Shown: piece by piece, positions 60,012 to 64,000 of the stretch | Numbering within the stretch: position 1 is the first letter of the stretch | Layout of the letters: every line of letters begins with the position of its first letter | From: Euryarchaeota archaeon UBA443 | Lineage (GTDB): Archaea; Thermoplasmatota; Poseidoniia; Poseidoniales; Poseidoniaceae | Assembly: GCA_002499195.1 (NCBI GenBank) | Contig: DAKS01000018.1 | Location: forward strand, 24,905-88,904 | Length of the DNA: 64,000 bases | Direction of reading: 5' to 3' | Translations under genes and position numbers: made by a program | Notes under the pieces: generated by a model | What the model was told of the DNA's origin: nothing | The model's input: only the letters and a program-made list of their open reading frames with translations | Database searches by the model: none

Positions 60012-60506
60012 ATGACGACGTTTTACGATGTACCTGCCAATTTTCTGATACCCGCTCTTGCTGAACAATTGAAGAGCAATGATGCGATTAAGATGCCAGA
60101 ATGGGCCGATGTTGTCAAGACTGGTTCCTCTCGCGAGCGTCCACCGACTCAAACCGACTGGTGGTACACCCGTGGAGCCGCTCTTCTCCGAAAGATTGCT
60201 CGACAAGGACCAATCGGCGTTACGTCACTTTCACAAGAGTATGGCGGACGAAAGAACAACGGTTCAAAACCGAACACACCTGGAGTTGGATCACGTAAGG
60301 TCATTCGTATTCTTGTACAACAACTCGAAGATGCAGGTCTTGTCTCAACGCAATCCGGTCGCCTAGTTGAACCAGAAGGTCGTGAAGCCACACAACTCTA
60401 CAACGGTCGTATCATCACACCTGCTGGACATAAAATCCTCAACGAAGTCGCTCACAGCGTTCGTCCAGAAGTAGAAGCAGCCTACCCGGGCCTTGACAAG
60501 TATTGA
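60012..60506 (+). CDS. rps19e: 30S ribosomal protein S19e
   Basis: YDVPA, PEWADVVKTG-RERPP-DWWYTR, GPIGV, YGG, QQLEDAGLV, GRIIT. Confidence 0.97.
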   Translation: MTTFYDVPANFLIPALAEQLKSNDAIKMPEWADVVKTGSSRERPPTQTDWWYTRGAALLRKIARQGPIGVTSLSQEYGGRKNNGSKPNTPGVGSRKVIRILVQQLEDAGLVSTQSGRLVEPEGREATQLYNGRIITPAGHKILNEVAHSVRPEVEAAYPGLDKY

Positions 60507-60520
60507 GTGGAAGTGAGTTC

Positions 60521-60886
60521 ATGACAAGTGTTGCAGACGATTCGATGGAACTAGAAGCGTTCCGTCAACGTCGACAACAAGAACTTCAACAACAACTTGA
60601 GCAACAAGCAAAGCAACAAGCTGCTGCAGAGGTTGAATCACAGGTTCAAGCACAAGAGCAACAAGCCCTTGATCAGGCAATGAAGACGATTCTTACTTCT
60701 GAAGCACGAAGTCGTCTTACCAATATCTCATTGGTCGATACCAACAAATCAGATTTGCTCAAGCGTCAATTGGTTTCACTACATGAGCAACAAAAAATCG
60801 CTATTCCAGTCAACGATGAACAGTTGAAGAAAATCCTAGCAGGACTATCCAAGAGCCGCAGAGATGCGTCTATCCGTAGAATCTAA
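60521..60886 (+). CDS. dsDNA-binding protein, PDCD5/TFAR19 family
   Basis: ELEAFRQRR, ILTSEARSRLTNI, DEQLKKIL, IRRI; usual position after rps19e. Confidence 0.88.
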   Translation: MTSVADDSMELEAFRQRRQQELQQQLEQQAKQQAAAEVESQVQAQEQQALDQAMKTILTSEARSRLTNISLVDTNKSDLLKRQLVSLHEQQKIAIPVNDEQLKKILAGLSKSRRDASIRRI

Positions 60887-60901
60887 GAGGGGTGCTCGAA
60901 T

Positions 60902-61057
60902 ATGTCAAAAAATAAACCAGCAGCAAAGAAAATTCGCCTGATGAAGGCAGGAAAGCAGAACCGCCGTGTCCCTGTATGGGTCATGCTAAAAACGAACAGA
61001 AAAACAGTGTCTCATCCAAAGAGACACCACTGGCGACGTAGCAAGTTGCAGCGATGA
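60902..61057 (+). CDS. rpl39e: 50S ribosomal protein L39e (below ORF-track cut-off)
   Basis: Translated by hand: [51 protein letters not shown]. Confidence 0.97.
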   Translation: MSKNKPAAKKIRLMKAGKQNRRVPVWVMLKTNRKTVSHPKRHHWRRSKLQR

Positions 61058-61068
61058 GGTGAATTCCA

Positions 61069-61347
61069 ATGGCAAGAGCAGCAACATCAGAATTGATAGT
61101 ACCGCTACGAAAGGCGTGGAATATTACTCGTTTCAAGCGAGCACCGCGTGCGATTCAAATCATTCGTGACGAAGTCATTCGTCATCTCAAGGTTCTTCCT
61201 GAAGAGGAAATTTACATCGATCCTTCGGTCAACGAGAAAATATGGGAACGTGGAATAGAAAATCCACCTAGAAAGATTCGTTTGACCGTTATTCGACACG
61301 ATGAACCAGATATTCCTATCGAAGTCAAATTGTATGAGGAGGCCTGA
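61069..61347 (+). CDS. rpl31e: 50S ribosomal protein L31e
   Basis: [33 protein letters not shown]. Confidence 0.96.
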   Translation: MARAATSELIVPLRKAWNITRFKRAPRAIQIIRDEVIRHLKVLPEEEIYIDPSVNEKIWERGIENPPRKIRLTVIRHDEPDIPIEVKLYEEA

Positions 61348-61349
61348 AA

Positions 61350-61541
61350 ATGGGTAACATTCGACCAAGTTTTATCAAAATCCGCGCTATTCGACTTGTT
61401 GAAGAACATGGTGAGAAATTCACTGATGACTTTGATCATAACAAGAAGATGGTTGAGGAATTGACCGATGTAAGTACAAAGAAGCTGCGCAACTGGATTG
61501 CTGGCTACGTTACTCGTTACCGTCAACGCCGAACCGATTGA
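61350..61541 (+). CDS. rps17e: 30S ribosomal protein S17e
   Basis: [31 protein letters not shown]. Confidence 0.97.
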   Translation: MGNIRPSFIKIRAIRLVEEHGEKFTDDFDHNKKMVEELTDVSTKKLRNWIAGYVTRYRQRRTD

Positions 61542-61554
61542 TGGGGTCATTGTT

Positions 61555-61776
61555 GTGCCCATTAGGGTTGATTGGAACAGAACACCAGTTTCTGTTCATT
61601 CCCCTGAACAAGAATCACTTGAACAATTGATTCTATACTTACGCAATACATACAACGTTCGTAGGCGTTCATTGGTCATGCCAGATCGTGAGCGAGGTGG
61701 TTTTCTATTTTTCATTTATCAGGCTTGCAATCCATTATGGATTGCTGAGTTCGTCCAACGTCAGGAGGAAGAATAG
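61555..61776 (+). CDS. Small hypothetical protein
   Basis: GTG start (MPIRVDWNR), 73 aa, fills gap and overlaps next start by 1 nt. Confidence 0.65.
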   Translation: MPIRVDWNRTPVSVHSPEQESLEQLILYLRNTYNVRRRSLVMPDRERGGFLFFIYQACNPLWIAEFVQRQEEE

Positions 61777-62612
61777 TGGGTGAACGTACTGACCTACCAT
61801 TACCTGAATCAGCATACACGCTACATGTTGTCATGGTAGGGATTCAACATCCTGGTAATTTGGGTGCCGTATGTCGTTCTCTTCTTAATCATGGCTTCGA
61901 TTCTCTACGTCTGGTTCAACCTAAATGCCACCCTGACGATATTGAGGCAAGAAACCGTGCTAAACATGCAGGACGAATATTGGATACGTGCAAAATCTAT
62001 GAATCATTTGAAGAAGCTATTGCTGATTGTTCTCTAGTCGTTGGTACATCTGGTAAACGTGAAATCGGTGATAAGACTCAAAAGCGCCATTTCATGTATC
62101 CATGGGAATTTTCTGAACGCATCTCAGGTTTGGAGCAATCCATTGCGCTAGTGTTTGGAGAAGAGGGTAAGGGTTTGAGTACGGATGATCTCTTGCGATG
62201 TGACTATCTTGTAACATTACCAACTTGGGAAGGTTATCCAATAACTAATCTCAGCCATGCTGTTCATACACTAACCTACGAACTTCATAGACATAGAGTA
62301 TTAGAGCGCCAGGGACAAGACGCTGCTCTTCCAGCCATCGTACCAATCCAGAGAGGAATCTCTCCTGAGCAGCGGAATGTTCTGAGAAAATCTGTTGAAG
62401 ATATTGCCCGATATCTTCCCGGTGGTGATGAACGACGCATCTCATTCACACATTCACTCATCCGTGCACTACAGCGCTCTGGATTGGAAACCGATCAAAC
62501 CAATCGATTGATAGGAGGATTTGTTGATGCTTCAACCGCTCTAGAATTTGCCGCGAATAGCGATAATTGGCGATCAAATCGTCGTCGCCGAGTCATTCTC
62601 GAAGAGGAATGA
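61776..62612 (+). CDS. trmJ: SPOUT RNA methyltransferase, TrmJ/LasT family
   Basis: PGNLGAVCR, LRLVQP, A-HA, VVGTS, LVFGEEGKGLS, YPITNLSHAV, YE. Confidence 0.85.
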   Translation: MGERTDLPLPESAYTLHVVMVGIQHPGNLGAVCRSLLNHGFDSLRLVQPKCHPDDIEARNRAKHAGRILDTCKIYESFEEAIADCSLVVGTSGKREIGDKTQKRHFMYPWEFSERISGLEQSIALVFGEEGKGLSTDDLLRCDYLVTLPTWEGYPITNLSHAVHTLTYELHRHRVLERQGQDAALPAIVPIQRGISPEQRNVLRKSVEDIARYLPGGDERRISFTHSLIRALQRSGLETDQTNRLIGGFVDASTALEFAANSDNWRSNRRRRVILEEE

Positions 62613-63062
62613 TCAAGCGTACCATGAAGCCCAACTTTTCGGTGTTTCTCGTACATGCATAGCAACTAGCCGAAGTCGATTTCCATAGATTGTTTGAATA
62701 TGTGGTTCAATTTGTTCAAATGCCCATTTTGCTAGATTTTCAGCTGTCGGTATAAACGGTACAACAACGGTACGATGTTCTGCTGATAATCCTGATAGAA
62801 CCCTTCTTGCTTCTTCATCACCTTCGTAAACGACAAATGCATGGTCGACTACATCATGAATGTGAATTGTAAGAATTTCACTTACATCACTAAAATCCAT
62901 CAACATTCCTTCTTCGCTTACACCTGATGTTTCTACAATATCTCCTTCTATCTCAGCTTCAAATCGATATCGATGACCATGGAAATGTTTGCATTTGCTC
63001 TTATGGTTTGGAACTCTATGTCCAGTATCTGTTTCTACATATCGTCGTATCCTAGTTGTCAT
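62613..63062 (-). CDS. queD: 6-carboxy-5,6,7,8-tetrahydropterin synthase
   Basis: GHR, C-x3-HGH, GMLMDF, DH, PTAENLA, ETPKSWA. Confidence 0.93.
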   Translation of the reverse strand: MTTRIRRYVETDTGHRVPNHKSKCKHFHGHRYRFEAEIEGDIVETSGVSEEGMLMDFSDVSEILTIHIHDVVDHAFVVYEGDEEARRVLSGLSAEHRTVVVPFIPTAENLAKWAFEQIEPHIQTIYGNRLRLVAMHVRETPKSWASWYA

Positions 63063-63442
63063 TCATTCACCTCGAATTTCATTGCAGCACTATTGATGCA
63101 GTAACGTTCCCCTCCATGTTGTCGAGGACCGTCATTGAAGACATGGCCAAGATGAGCGTCACATTTTCCGCATCTAACCTCAACCCGTGTCATTCCATGA
63201 GATGTATCGATAATCCGTTTGATAGCAGCCTCATGATGCTCGCTATGGAAAGCAGGCCAACCACAACCTGAATCAAATTTCATTTGATCAGTGAAGAGTT
63301 TGGTTTCACAAACTATACAGAAGTAATCTCCCTTACGATACTCTTTATTCAATGCTCCAGTGAATGGGCGTTCAGTTCCATTTTGTTGAGTAACATAATA
63401 CGATAATTCGGATAGGGCAGCGATTCTATCATCTATATTCAT
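63059..63442 (-). CDS. msrB: Peptide-methionine (R)-S-oxide reductase
   Basis: [46 protein letters not shown]. Confidence 0.96.
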   Translation of the reverse strand: MNIDDRIAALSELSYYVTQQNGTERPFTGALNKEYRKGDYFCIVCETKLFTDQMKFDSGCGWPAFHSEHHEAAIKRIIDTSHGMTRVEVRCGKCDAHLGHVFNDGPRQHGGERYCINSAAMKFEVNE

Positions 63443-64000
63443 TCAATCACTCCCCTGCTGATATTTGGCCTCAACCTCTAATGCTCGTTTGAGTACAATT
63501 TCCCAATGTTCTTGATATTCGATAGGATCTTTCCGACCAATTGAATGGAATGCTAGGATTCGTTCAACATCAGAGCCACTCTGTCCCGAACTTCGGCCAT
63601 GTTCATCCGGATTGTAAGAGGTAATCGTATTGCTTAGAACCTCATCGAATTCTAGGCCTAGTGCTTGAGTAGTCTTCAGTGCATCTTGAAGAATTGACGT
63701 CTTATCACCATGAATATAGGGAAGGTCAAAGTCCACCATATCGCTCTCCCAATTACCAATTTCAAAAGCGGTTTGTAGTGATTGATAGAATTCTGGCCGA
63801 CAATCAGGATAGATTTCATGATCGCCACTATGAACTCCAAGAGCAAGTACAACATCTCTACCTGTTCTCTTAGTCTCAGAGAGAGCAAATCCATACAATA
63901 TCGATGCAAATATTGCGTTCCTATTTGGGACAACAGTCTGTTTCATCTGCGATTCTTCATAATGACCAAGTGGAACTTCTTGATCATTTGATGTCAGTGC
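63443..64000 (-). CDS. queC: 7-cyano-7-deazaguanine synthase (preQ0), 5'-truncated by window edge
   Basis: TVVPNRNAIF, GVHSGD, YPDCRPEF, LPY-K; frame open to 64000 (ALTSNDQEVPLGHY...). Confidence 0.92.
   Translation of the reverse strand, partial: ALTSNDQEVPLGHYEESQMKQTVVPNRNAIFASILYGFALSETKRTGRDVVLALGVHSGDHEIYPDCRPEFYQSLQTAFEIGNWESDMVDFDLPYIHGDKTSILQDALKTTQALGLEFDEVLSNTITSYNPDEHGRSSGQSGSDVERILAFHSIGRKDPIEYQEHWEIVLKRALEVEAKYQQGSD

Noticed and set aside
60545..60680. CAA/GCA-rich low-complexity DNA
   Set aside because: Encodes the Gln-rich helix typical of the PDCD5 family
1..64000. Numerous 60-180 aa antisense or alternate-frame ORFs; mobile elements, prophage and defence systems
   Set aside because: The short ORFs are shadows of well-supported genes; no transposase, integrase, viral, cas or restriction motifs were recognised

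Overview
Gene-dense (~43% GC by eye) archaeal chromosome segment, most consistent with Marine Group II Euryarchaeota (Ca. Poseidoniales, Thermoplasmatota). This placement is inferred from archaeal ribosomal proteins (S19e, L39e, L31e, S17e), archease, tRNA-intron endonuclease, geranylgeranyl reductase and an archaeal Alu-containing SRP RNA, mixed with bacterial-type genes (pntAB, class-2 pyrD, topB, mqnC-like, ygfZ, pepP) and many large acidic, membrane-anchored secreted proteins and peptidases. About 53 CDSs and one ncRNA (SRP RNA, ~36346-36647) are supported. No tRNA, rRNA, CRISPR array or mobile element was seen. Best leads: (1) a divergent TatC fused to a Cys-rich HdrA-N-terminal-like domain, downstream of a secreted protein with a contracted CxCH motif, with a CxxxY-type CcmE 6 kb away; (2) a locus where endA and archease flank a wHTH-TerB protein and a motif-altered HldE-like kinase, next to the SRP RNA; (3) a biotinyl/lipoyl-like domain with in-register Lys inside a surface Ca-binding repeat protein; (4) a PNGase F-like lipoprotein; (5) a QueC lacking all four Zn-binding Cys; (6) a degenerate TATA element sitting 28-31 nt, usually exactly 29 nt, upstream of many start codons. 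All family assignments come from motif recognition by eye, not from database searches.
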